Shown here one piece after another: positions 38,401 to 50,697 of a stretch of DNA of 64,000 bases (the stretch's first letter is position 1; each line of letters opens with the position of its first letter). The DNA comes from Mobula hypostoma. Its lineage: Eukaryota. A program made the position numbers and the translations under genes. Location of the stretch: positions 7,006,001 through 7,070,000 of the forward strand of contig NC_086097.1 in NCBI RefSeq assembly GCF_963921235.1. The letters run 5' to 3'. Under the pieces are notes generated by a model, which saw only the letters and a list, made by a program, of their open reading frames with translations, was not told the origin of the DNA and made no database searches.

Positions 38401-40232
38401 TTATCAGGACTGGGGAAATTTAAAGTTCTTCAGGGTAGGCATCCCTGGAAGAGAGTTCACAGTGTAGTAGTAGAATCATAAACATGAGAAAGCCTGCAGA
38501 AGCTGGAAATCTAGGGGAACACACACAAAATGCTGGAGGAACTCAGCATGCCAGGCAGAATCTATGGAAATGAATGAACAGTCAATGAATCGGGCCGAGA
38601 CCCTTCATTAGGTCAGCACAGATCAAAGTTCTTGTCGAAGGAACCCAAAACGTGGACTGTTTATTGATTTCCATAGATGCTGCCTGGCATACTGAGTTCC
38701 TCCAGCATTTTGTGTGTGTTTTTATTCTTATGTGTTGAAATGTACTGCTGCCACATAACAATAAATTTCATGACATGTGCCGGTGATATTAAACCTAATT
38801 CTGCTTCTGAAAGTGAAGATCAATTAAGGACATGGATGGATCTACTGACATTAGGTGAAGAGAGCTAGAAAGCTTGAGTAGAATGTGTATGGTGACGTTA
38901 TTCAGTTAGGCAAAAAGGTCTTGGCCATTCTGTTTAATTGTATGAATACCCGGAGGCTGTTCTGTTGACGCTTTGTTCCTTCCTGCTGAGAATGATCACA
39001 TCAAGACTTTCACTATTCAGACTTAAACCTGCAGAAATACACAGTGGGGCAGACAGGGGTTGGGTGTGTGGTCACTGGCAGTTATGGTTCTGTACCCTGA
39101 TGGTTAAAGGGAATCACTAACACATGGTGCAGTATCTCAAGTGAAATGATTTCAGGTGAGTTCATGATATGGATTTCTGATTTTAGACCTTTAGTCATTG
39201 GAGAATGGGGAATTAGCATTAGCCAACTCTGTGATCAAAACTCCCTTGAAATCAGTGGTTCCAAACCTGAGGTCAACAGACCTCGTGCTTAATGGTATCG
39301 GTCCATTAAAGTTTAAAATCATTTTCCCCTGTGGGTCATAAAATCACTTGACCGGCACGCAATTCCACAGAGTGCCAAAGTAGAACTTTGGGGCAGCATG
39401 ATAGTGCAGTGGTTAGCACAATGCTTTACAGTAAGGAGTTTGTCCACTCTCCCCCCATGACGAAGGGTCACGGCCCGAAACATCGACTGTACCTCTTCCT
39501 AGAGATGCTGCCTGGCCTGCTGTGTTCACCAGCAACTTTGATGTGTGTTGCTTGAATTTCCAGCATCTGTGGATTTCCTCGTGTTTTGAGTTTCCTCTGG
39601 GTGCCCCGGTTTCCTCCGCAGTCCGAACACAGAGGTTAATTGGTCATTGTAAGTTGTTCTGTGATTAGGCTCAGATGAAAGTGTGATTACTGGGTGGTGT
39701 GCCTCAAAAGGCTGAAAGGGCCTATTCTGTGTGAAATAAATAGTCATGACGTTGGGTCTCATTGCAAGGCAGGAAGTTGAACTCCAGTGTTGCTCCCATG
39801 ATGTATGCCTCATTTACTCCATTCCTCTATTACTCAAATACACTCTGAGAGGCGGGAAGCTCATTGAGCTGCAGTGCACCTACGCTCGTGGTATATCCGA
39901 AGAGTTGGGCTTGGGCAGTCTATCCTGAGGTCTCACCCCTGGAGTGCAGCTTTTGAGCAGTAAATTCAACTCCAAGATAATCTTCATCCATGAGATCGCC
40001 GGGATCTTTTAACACAAAGTAAGCAACAAGATTGGAAGTGATCAGGGATGCTGAATAGTAATCTTTTCTGTAAACTGCACCGAAAAGAAAATTAAGGCAG
40101 AAATTTGTGATCAATCATTAGTCCCAAATTTACTATTTTACACTATTCCAGAAAGATCATACTCATTTTATGATATTTCTCCAGGGGACTGTAATTGATA
40201 AAATCAGTGTGGAATTAGAAAGGGTCAAATTA

Positions 40233-40518
40233 GGGCCGGCTGGTGGCGCAATGACATCAGCGCCGGACTCTGAAACGGAGGTTCCCGGGTTCGAACCCAG
40301 TCGGGTCCGCTCCCGAGCATGCTTTCCATCCGTGCTGGGATGAGTGTTGAGGTCGCAACTTGACCTCGTAAAATACAGGGAAAAATACTGCGAAATGTCC
40401 GTGTGAGGAGTGGCGCACCACACAGTCTCTCTCTCTCGCGGAGGCGCCTTGTAAGGGCATGAAAAAGACATCGTCCCGCCAACATCGCACACGCACGCAA
40501 GCACACACACACACAAAA
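40233..40518 (+). mobile_element. Young tRNA-derived SINE with 16-bp TSD
   Basis: A-box-like 'tggcgcaatga', B box 'ggttcgaaccc', CpG-rich body, (CA)n-A tail. TSD agaaagggt(c/g)aaatta at 40217-32 and 40519-34. Confidence 0.88.
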
Positions 40519-43500
40519 AGAAAGGGTGAAATTAAACAGTGGAAGAGGGGGTTTTGAAGACAACAGCTAGCTGTTGAATTCTCGAGGAAAAGGCAACATT
40601 CTCTGCAGAAAGTGGATTATTTTTATGGCAGAACATGAAAGACTCTGAGGCCTTACACCCACCTAACGCTCAAAAATCTCAAAACTATCCCCAGTGACCA
40701 CAACTGGCCTTGACTTCAGGATTGTGGAAAGTAATAAAGTGGTATTAAGCTTAAAATGTTCAACTATGACTTACTTTTCAGGATGTGGAATTTCTTTGAT
40801 CTCAGTGGCAAAGTAATAGCTTTTCTATCCAGAGGTTGATAATATTATGAATTCTACCCTTGGCCAAGTATTTCTGGAGTGCTCTCTCTTGCAAGCTCAC
40901 AACTAATACCTTTTATCCCAACTCTTACTACCCTTCTTGGATAAACATGGGGGGGTTTGCTAGGGGAACGGAGGGTCGGTGCAATATTTCTTGGATAAGC
41001 ATGGGGGGTTTGCTCGGGGAAGGGTGGCCAGTGAAATATTTCTGCTTATTATAAGGCTGAGTGGAGGTGAACTGAGATTCTCTTCATAGTTTAGTTTCAG
41101 GGGCAGCAATACAAGTTAAGCAAAACCTTGTGAGCATTTAGAAGCTATATATTTTGTTTTGAGCTATTTCCCTCCATTGGAGAATAAATTCTGACATCCA
41201 GAGCTTCAAGGTCATTTCTCACTTTTCAATAAATCTTCAACAGACCAATACCCTTCTGGAAGCAGAATGCAGGACATCAAGGCCATGCTGTCTTCTCACT
41301 GCTGCCATCAGGAATGAGGTACAGGACCCTCAGGTCCCACACCACCAGGTTCAGAAAGAGTTATTTCCTCCTAGTATCAGGCTCCTGAGCCAGAGGGGAT
41401 AACTTCACTCATCCCAACAACAAAATGTTCCCACAACCTATAGACTCACTTTCATGGACTCTTCTTTTCATGCTCTCGATATTTATTGCTTATTTATTCA
41501 TTATAATTTTGCCTGTTTTTTTGTTATTTTTGTTTCCTTGCATTTACTGTGAATGCCCACAAAAAAATGAATCACAGGGTGTAGATGGTGACAAATACGT
41601 ACTTTGATAATAAATTTACTTTGAATGTTGAATGCCTGCAATATTATAATTACAGTCTGACTGATGACCAGATCATGAAAATAAAGGTTGCTTCACCTGT
41701 AATGATGTTAGTAAAGATTAGCTTTCTTTGTCAGATGTACATCCAATCATCAAAACATACAGTGAAATGCGTCAATGACCAATGCAGTCTGAGCATTGTG
41801 CTGGCGCAGCCTACAAATGTAGCCACACTTCTGGTGCCAACATAGCATGGCTAAACTCACTAACTCTAGCCCCTACATCTTTGGCAAGTGGAGGAGACCA
41901 GGGTACCCAGAGAAAACCCACGTGGTCATGGGGAGAATGTACGAACTCCTTAAAGGCAGCAGCGGGAATCGAACACTGATTAGTGATTGCTGGTGCTGTA
42001 AAGCAACCGTGCCGCCCTTTTGATTACTGAACTTTTCACTTTTGACATTTTGTTTTAATGTGACATCTGCCTAGCCCACAACCTGGCTGCAGCATCTACA
42101 GTACTCCCTACCTGAGCTCGTTGTGCCCAAATACTGCATGTTAGTTCAGTCCAGAAAGTTAGATCATATGACATCCAGAGCAAACTAGCCTAACGGATGC
42201 AAAATCAACTTGATGGTAGAGGACAAAGGGCCGTGGCGGAGGATTGTTTTCAGACCAGAGGCCAGAAGGGCAAATAGTGTTCAACTCATTACTCTGTGAG
42301 AATTTACTTGCACCCTGTGCTCAACTGACTCTTTGCCTGTGGCCTGCAGTCATCAACACTCTCCTCAGCACTAAACTGACTCCGTGACTGTGGACTCACT
42401 TTCGGGGGCACTATGGCTCTCATGTCCTATACCTTATTTCTTCACTTTTTTACTGTTTACGTAATTTGTTCTTTTTTTGAAAATAGGATGTCTGGTGGTC
42501 TTAGTTGAGTGTTTTTTTTCATGGATCCTATTGTGTTTCTTTGTTTCGTGGCTGCATGCAAGAAAATGAATCTCAAGGTTGTATAATTTATAAATACTTT
42601 GATAATAAATGTACTTTGAACTTTGTGACCAGCAGTGTGTCACAGATATCGCTGCTGTTTGTCATTTATATTAACGATTTGGATGAGAACATAGGTGGCA
42701 TAATTAGCAAAAATATGGATGTCACTAAACTTGGTGGGAGAGTGGACAGTGAAGAAAGTTTTCTAAAACTACAATGTGATATTAATCAGCTGAACCAGTC
42801 ACCAAGGAATGGAAGATGAAGCTAAATTCAAATAAATGTGAGGTGTTGTATTTTTGGCAAGGCAGAACTTGTAGAGTCAGTGGTAGGGCCCTGGGAAGTG
42901 TACATGTATAGCACCAAATAAAACAATGTTCTTCCTGACCAAGGTGCAAAATACAGTACACACTATAACTCACACACACAACACAAAGTAATATTATCAG
43001 AAATAAATTAACAAATAATTGACGATATTCCAGAAGATTGACATTCAGCATAAGGTGCATTTACGACACATTTCCTGTCAGCCACCTTATATAGTCCTGT
43101 GCCTAGCGTCACTTTATGGACACACAGTCAATCAATGTACGGAAGCTATTTTATGTATTTATATTTTTTATATTCTTTATTGTACTGTTTTTTTGTGCTG
43201 CATCAGATCTGGAGTAACAATTATTTCATTTTCCTTTACAATTGTGTACTAGAAATCATATTAAACAACCCTGACTTGACTTGATTAAACAATCTTGACT
43301 GAACGAGTTACAAGTAAGCACTATAGCATTACTGGGAACACACACAAAATGCTGAAGGAACTTAGCAGGTCAGGCAGCATCGAAGGAAATTAATACACAG
43401 TTGATGTTTCAGGCTTAGACCCTACATCTGGATTGGAAAGAAAGGGGGAAGAAAATAGTGTGGGGAGGGGGAAGGGGCTAGCTGGAAGGTGATTGATGAA

Positions 43501-44752
43501 GTCAAGTGGGTTGCTTTGTAAGTGATGAGACCCAGGAAAACAGGGGGTTGTACATGTTTGATATTGACACATTATGACCTTATATGTTTTGCTAAATGTA
43601 CCATAAAACGGATCAAGTTTTAGGTTGGTCTGCAGATCAAAAATTCTTCTGTTTATTCATAATTCAGTTCAGAGCATTAGCACCTTGCTGCAGTTCAATG
43701 GTATGCATACTTTGTCCACAGTAGACAATGTCTTTTTGTCTCAATGCCTTGAGACAGACTGAGTAGAAAAGAAGATTAAGCCGTCCGCCCATGGTTTTGA
43801 GAATGTTAAAATTCGGAGATTTGACAAGTATTTGGAACAAGATTTGAAACATTTAAAAAATATTGGAATGCAGCAAGTTTAAGGACACTGGAGCAGGATT
43901 AAAATTTGCTGACTTAACTTTCTCATCTTAATTAAACTACAAACGATGACATGTATGCTAAAGAAAACAAGAAACCATTGTTGACTGTCCATCCAAAGAT
44001 AGGGAAGTGAAATACATCTGCCAATTTTCCCCACAAATTAATAGTTTACACACAACACAATCAGTATGGCAGAGTGTCTCATTGATAATTCATTGAGGCA
44101 TTACCAGCAAAACTCAACTCCAGCATGAGATCTCACAGCTGCTGATAAACTAAAATTCGAGATATTTCTTAAAACTTGGTCAAATAGGAAAGAGAAGAGA
44201 TCTGAAGTCACAGAAAGCTTTGCGGACGGAGATTAAGATACGGGTAGCTGCAGACTTCATCATGAATTTTGAAACAAATACATTTGGAGATAGTCAAATG
44301 GATCTACAAATGCAGGAATAGTCTATGCTGCACTTCCAGTTATCAGTGACACCGTATTCCACACAAAACTTCATCCAATCTTATGAACACATTCTTCCTT
44401 TCAATTCCAATATAATTTCCAGTTTCCAATATCCAAGATCCATCGCTCCATTGAGGAACAAAGCTTCTCACAACCCAGCCATCCGCATGGAAAAACAGAA
44501 TTTACTTTCAAATTCCATATTGCCTCAGTATTTGAATTCCCCATGAGGTAATACCAGAGGTGTGGGGAAGTCTGGGACTTTCTGTTCATGACCACATTAC
44601 AAGGTGTATTTTAACTGCAGGGATAGTTTGTCACTATAGAATAGACCTCTATAACAAGTATAAACACGAGATTTTGCAGATGCTGGAAATCCAGAGCAAC
44701 ACACACAAAATGCTGGGGGAGCTTAGCAGGACCAGCAGAGTCCATGGAAATG

Positions 44753-45051
44753 AATAAATAGTTGACATTTCATGCTGAGACCCTTCTTTAGGACCAAGAA
44801 ACAGTTAATGTTTCAGGTTGACCCCCTTCATCAGCACCAATAAAAGTCAAAGTTTCAGTCTGACCCTCTTCATCAGGACCAATAAACAGTCAATGTTTCA
44901 GGCTGACATCCTTCATCAAGACCAATAAACAGTTGAAGTTTCATGCCAAGACCCTTCATCAGGACCAATAAACAGTCCACATTTCAGGCTGAGACCTTTC
45001 ATCGGGACCAATAAACAGTTGATGTTTCGGGCTGAGACCCTTTTTCAGGAC
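44753..45051 (-). repeat. Tandem array of seven 42-43-bp units, each one hammerhead-ribozyme motif
   Basis: Units start at 44753, 44796, 44839, 44881, 44924, 44967 and 45010. Minus-strand consensus is ggtc-CTGATGA-agggtctcagcct-GAAA-c(a/g)t(c/t)(g/a)actgtttatt. Confidence 0.85.
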
Positions 45052-45421
45052 ATAGAACATAGAACATAGAATAGTACAGCACATTACAGGCCCTTTGGCC
45101 GACAATATTGTGCCAACCCTCAAACCCTGCCTCCCATATAAGCCCCCACCTTAAATTCCTCCATATACCTGTCTAGTAGTCTGTTAAATTTCACTAGTGT
45201 ATCTGCCTCCACCACTGACTCAGGCAGTGCATTCCACGCACCAACCACTCTCTGAGTAAAAAACCTTCCTCTAATATCCCCCTTGAACTTCCCACCCCTT
45301 ACCTTAAAGCCATGTCCTCTTGTATTGAGCAGTGGTGCCCTGGGGAAGAGGTGCCGGCTGTCCACTCTATCTATTCCTCTTATTATCTTGTACACCTCTA
45401 TCATGTCTCCTCTCATCCTCC
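45052..45421 (-). mobile_element. Young CR1 3' end inserted at the edge of the hammerhead array
   Basis: Open frame 'RRMRGDMIEVYKIIRGIDRVD...RFFTQRVVGAWNALPESVVEADT' and an (ATAGAAC)n tail at 45052-45070. Confidence 0.9.
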
Positions 45422-45628
45422 TGAGGACCACAAGAGAAGGTCCCGATGAAGAGTCACGGCATGAAATGTTGACTGCTTATTGATCCTGATGAAGGGTCTC
45501 AGCCCAAAATGCTGACTGTTTATTATTTCTGAAGAAGGGTGCCATTTCCATGGATGCTGCTTGAGCTGCTGAGTTCCTTCTATAGAAATATAGTTAGTTT
45601 GTATGGTGGCCTACTGAACTTGCAGGTA

Positions 45629-47305
45629 CAATCAGACCACGTATAACGCTACCCTGCATAGCGCTGATTCGTTACAACGTGGTTATTCAATTCTCTATTG
45701 AAATTTTTAATAATGACAAAAAAATCATTCTAAACGATACTTAAAATTTCTCAAGAGCATTCACCATTACAACAAACATTCAATCAGCCAGTGAGAGCGC
45801 TTTATGTATGATCTGAGCCTTCCATAGCCAATCATGGATTACTTCATGCTCTGCCTCCGCCACATGGGTAAACGTCCGTGCTTCCTCTCCAACTTATTCC
45901 ACTCTTTCACACAAAATGTCTGGAAAATGGCCTGCAACTTCCAGTGAGGGTAGCAGATCTCAGAGATCTAGGGAAAGCATTGGCATGGATGTGAAACTGC
46001 ATTCTCATGGTGAGAGCCTTAGTAGCGAAGAGCTTCGAGAATTGGCGGAGCAGTGCATCCTGAGTGAATCTGAGGGCATGGATGGAGAAGAGGAAACACC
46101 AGTGAGAAACCTCAGCGTAAAAGTCCCACCATCACCACGATCACACAAATCATGGACCAGTTCATCGATAATGACCCTGGGAATGAAGCAATAAGGCAAA
46201 GAGGGATATTCTCAATGTGAGTCCCTGCTACCGAGAACTGCTTTATGAAAGGAAACTTAAGAGAAGGCAGTCAATTCTCGATGCCTACTTGAAGAGGAAG
46301 CCAAAGTAATAGGGAGGGGAGGAGAAGATGGCGGCGCAACGCAGCGCGCACGGTCACTCTGAAATGATATTGTATTTGTTAAGTAGGGGCTGTGCACAAT
46401 CCTGATTTGATGGAGATAGACGTGAGAAGCACGCAGGAACATCTGGAGAAACTTCTGAAATGTCTGCTTTGCTGCGGCTGCTACTGTGCAATTGAGAATC
46501 TCCGGAGGGGAAGGCCCCAGATCCTCGGCTTTGCCTATTACCTGTTGTCGGGGCTGGGGTCGACGCGCTCGGCAGAGATGATGCTCGGTGCTCGGTGTCG
46601 GAGGGCTGGTCGGAGGCTTGAATTTTTCGGACGGACTCAAGAGTCGGCTGTGGTCGGGTGCTTCCAGGGTGCTGCATCGGCAAGTTTGCGGCGCTGGAGA
46701 CTCATGGCAGGAGGAGAGCTTCTCTTCCTTCTACCGTCTGCGTGAGATGATGGGACTTTTGAGAGACTTTGAGACTTTTTTTTACCATGCCCATGGTCTG
46801 TTGTTTATCAAATTACGGTATTGCTTTGCATTGTTGTAACTATATGTTATAATTATGTGGTTTTTTCGGTTTTTTCAGTCTTGGTTTGTCTTGTGTTTCC
46901 GTGATATCATTCTGGAGGAATATTGTATCATTTCTTAATGCATGCATTACTAAATGACAATAAAAGAGGACTGTGTGTCCTCATAATCTAATCTTAAAAA
47001 AAAGTTAGAGGAGGCCTCACAGCCTGGTCCCTTCTCTAAGATGTGACCTCTACCCGCTTCGCTCCACTGCTGCTGTGATGTGTTGCTGCTCCACTGATGC
47101 ACAGGTTGGGCCTACTTGCGTGTTTGCTGCTCCATGAATTACTGTGTATACATAAAGTATCACATCATATACCTCAGGCTTGATTTTTTTTAAATCATGC
47201 ACACATGTCCGTTTATGTAATGTTATAATGACCCTGCATAGCGCAGACCTACATGGCACTCCATCTCCGTGGAACACATCCTCAGCGTTAAGTGGGACTT
47301 GAGTG
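45629..47305 (+). mobile_element. Tigger/pogo-like deleted DNA transposon with a nested retroelement
   Basis: TA-flanked diverged TIRs (caatcagaccacgtataacgct / agcgttaagtgggacttgagtg). 'LHSHGESLSSEELRELAEQ...EEETPVRNLSVK' resembles the acidic C-terminus of Tigger transposases. Confidence 0.6.
46322..46994 (+). mobile_element. Non-autonomous, non-coding retroelement (LINE-like 5' end, AATAAA, (AATCT)n tail)
   Basis: Begins 'ggagAAGATGGCGGCg'. The 5' two-thirds are CpG-rich and the 3' part is T-rich. It ends 'acaataaaagaggactgtgtgtcctcataatctaatct'. Confidence 0.6.
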
Positions 47306-48837
47306 TATTTTTATTCTTTGAATAAAGGGATAAAGGTGAAATGTGATGACTACAGCATACCAGCTGTAGGGCGCCATGGTAGCATTGCGGTCAGTGCGAC
47401 ACTACTACAGCTCCGGACATCGGAGTTCGGGGTTCAATTCTAGCACCATCTGCAAGGAGCTTGTACGTCCTTCCCATGTCCACATGGGTTTCCTCCAGGT
47501 GCTCCAGTTTCCTCCCACAGTCCAAAGCTGTACTGCTTAGTAGGCTAATCGATCATTGTAAATTGTCCTGGGATTAGGCCGGGATTAAATCGGAGGGTTG
47601 CTGGGTGTGAGGCTCATTGGACCAAGTGGACCTGTTCTGTACTGTATCTCTAAGTAAATAAATCAATCAACCAGCTCCAGGCCAGAAAGATGAATCGCAA
47701 TACTGATTTAATGTGCACATCAGTTTATTCACTTTTTATTTAATAAATGTTTAATTCTAACCAGGGTGCAAGGCAAATTAGATAGGTTGATCTGCATCAT
47801 GTCCAGATGAGAATCAGAATGGAAAGAAGGCAACACAGTACTCATTGTCACAGTGTGGCTCCAGTGTATGTTAGAGCAACCTAGCTCGTACCATCCACTC
47901 ACCCTCTCCCCTTCATCTTAAAAAAATGATTTCCTTTTAATATATTTATATATATTTTTAGGAGATGCGGCGTGCAACAGGTCCTTCTGCCCAACAAGAT
48001 GCATTGCCAACCAACCCATCAGTTTAACCCTAGACTAATCATCGGACAATTTACAATGACCAATTAACCTACTAATCAGTACGCCTTTGGACTGTGGGAG
48101 GAGACTGGAGTACTGAATGGAAATCCACGTGGCTAGGGGAAGAATGTACAAGTTCCTTACAGACAGCTACAGAATTGAACTGCAATCACTGGGAACACCC
48201 TGAGCTGAAATAGCATTGTGCTAACTGTTACACTACTAAAGGGCACAACTTCCCTGGTTCATGACCATTCCCACAAAGGGACTAGTGTCCTACTATCTAT
48301 ACATTCAATAATTTTAAATTACTTTCTTAACATTATCTACCGGTCTGTTAAATTTAAATATTCTCCAAGCGCTGACACAGGAAAGTAGAATCCATCATCA
48401 TGGACCCCCCACCACCCAGATCATGCTCCATTCTCACTGCCGCCATCAGGACGAAGGTACAAGAGCCTTAGGATCCAGGTTTAGGAACAGTTATTACCCC
48501 TCAACCATCAGGCTCTTGAACCAAAGGGGATAACTTCACTCAACCCCATCACAGAAAATTTCCAACAACCCACGGACTCACTTTCAAGGACTCTTCATCT
48601 CATGTTCTCAGTATTTATTGCTTATTTATTTATTTATTATTATTTATTTCCCTTTTATATTTGTACAGTTTGTTGTCTTTTGTACATTTGCTGTTTGCCC
48701 GTCCTGTTGGTGTAGTCTTTCATTGATTCTATAATGGTTCTTGGATTTACTGAGCATGCCTGCAAGAAAACAAATCTCAGGGTTGTAGATGCTGATATAT
48801 ATGTACTTTGATAATAAATTTACTTTGAACTTTGAAA

Positions 48838-49090
48838 AGATAATTGGCAGATCAGCTTTTTTGGACTATGTTCCTAAACTGTGGAATTCAATACCTAAAA
48901 CTGTAAGGGATGCAGACTTAGTGGACACTTTTAAACACCAGCTCAAATCCTATTGATTTAAGCTTGCTTTTAATTAACATGTTTTTTATCTTTTATTTTT
49001 ATGTTTGTACTTTATCCCATTGTAAAGCACATTGAACTACATCGTCTGTATAAAATGTTTTCTATAAATAAGTTATTAATATTATTTATA
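48838..49090 (+). mobile_element. L2 LINE 3' end
   Basis: Reads SAFLDYVPKLWNSIPKTVRDADLVDTFKHQLK, then 'tgtaaagcacattgaac...ataaataagttattaatattatt', a typical L2 terminus. Confidence 0.75.
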
Positions 49091-49924
49091 ATAATAACAT
49101 CCTCTGCTTCAAGAGGAAAAACTCTACCTTTCCAATGCATACACACAGCAGTCCCTCATCCCTGGTATCTTCAGTAAATCTCTTCAGTATGGTTTCTAAA
49201 GCCCTCACACCTTTGCTAAAGTGTGGAGCCCCAGAACTCGATAAAATACTCCAGCTGGATCTGAACCAGTATTTTATAAAGGATAATGATGACTTGCTGA
49301 ATTTTATTTATGAAACCCAAGATTATGTATGATCTTTCTAAAACACCATCTTGACTTTCTAGTTTCAAAGAATAATCCACAGAGTTTCTGTGTTGGTAAC
49401 CTATTTCTTTATATATGTAGTGGTAGTCCATGGTGTCCATCGATGACCGGAAACCAGTGCGGAACAATTTTTAAATCAGAAAAGCCAATGCACTGGGGTG
49501 GTCCTTCTCTCTCAAACTCAGAAGGTCCGGGTACAGTGGTATGAACAAGCGTCACAAACTGGGTCTTCCTTGGTTGCAGTGGATGACCATGACATCTTCT
49601 GTGCCTTGTCATTGCCCTTTGCCCTCCACAGAGTGTTGCAATACCACCATCCTGGCTGTTGAATCACCTGAGCAGACTTCATATTTAAATTAAATTAAAT
49701 AACTAGTGCAAAAAGTGAGAGAAAAGTAGTGAATTAGAGTACATAGGTTCATTATCCACTCAGAAATCTGAGGGCAGAGGGGAGGAATCAGTTCCTAAAA
49801 CAGTGAGAATGTGTCTTCAGGTTTCTATACCTCCTTCCTGATGAGGAGAGGGCATGTCCTGGGTGATAGGGGTCCTAATGACAAATGAATATTGCATTTC
49901 ACATTTTTCTTACCAACATATGTA

Positions 49925-50697
49925 CAGTGGAATCAGTTGGGAGTTCGACACTTTGGTCTAATTATTAGGCTGCTCCAATTAGCCCTGAAATTTCATAGAA
50001 ATGTTTAAAAAGGTATAAAAAGGACAAACTGAGAAACAAATTATATATTTAAGTGAAATACTGAACAAATTAGAACACTGCAGTACTATGAAATTTTGTA
50101 TTAGTTCCTAATATTTATCGAGGGATGAATTCATCCAGTCTACACAATGAACAAAATCAACGTAGACACCTAGAGCAAAAAATGGACTACTTTCACATCA
50201 TGATGGCCTCCTCCAAATCTTCACTTGCACTGTAACATTCAAGATGATTGACGATACCTTCAAATTCTTCGTAGTTCTTAATTTGTTGACGTAGTGAAAT
50301 CGTTTAATTTTCACTCCTAGCTGTTTCTGACACCTCCAAGCCTGACTGGAGATCATCTCCGAGCAAAACAGTTCTGAACTGACTTATTGTTTATTTCTCA
50401 CCAGCTCTCAGTAATAAAAACCATTGCTTTTTGGACACAAACAACCGCAACTGATGCTACTTAAAAACCTCATTGCTCAAAGTACAGTGCAGCGCCGAAT
50501 GGCCACACAAGTGTGTGCAACTGATGCTAATTAGAACCTGATCAACAACAGTCTCCTGCCCCAATCATGTGACATAAAATCTCAAATAAATGAAGTAAAT
50601 CCAGTCTATTTTCCAGAATAGTGTTTGTTCTTTAAGGTTTGTCCCAAATAAGCGGCTACCCTGATTAACCGATAGCCCAATTAACTGGAATCCATGG
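49925..50697 (+). mobile_element. Non-autonomous Tc1/mariner-pogo-type element (MITE), copy 2
   Basis: TA-cagtggaatc... to ...cccaattaactggaatccatgg-TA. Homologous to 9469-10155. Confidence 0.6.

Noticed and set aside
39746..40114. Coding exon(s) from ORFs 39746-39928 (+) and 39920-40114 (-)
   Set aside because: The sequence looks unique and has possible splice signals on both strands, but there are in-frame stops, no recognisable protein and no consistent exon chain.
40233..40310. tRNA gene
   Set aside because: A and B boxes are present, but the sequence continues into a SINE body with a tail and TSD.
44753..45051. CRISPR-like array
   Set aside because: The units are contiguous diverged copies of one sequence. 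There are no unique spacers, no cas genes, and the context is vertebrate.
46322..46760. Host CpG-island promoter or first exon (ORFs 46257-46839)
   Set aside because: It lies within an apparent insertion with a simple-repeat tail, nested in a Tigger-like fossil. The ORFs reflect GC richness.
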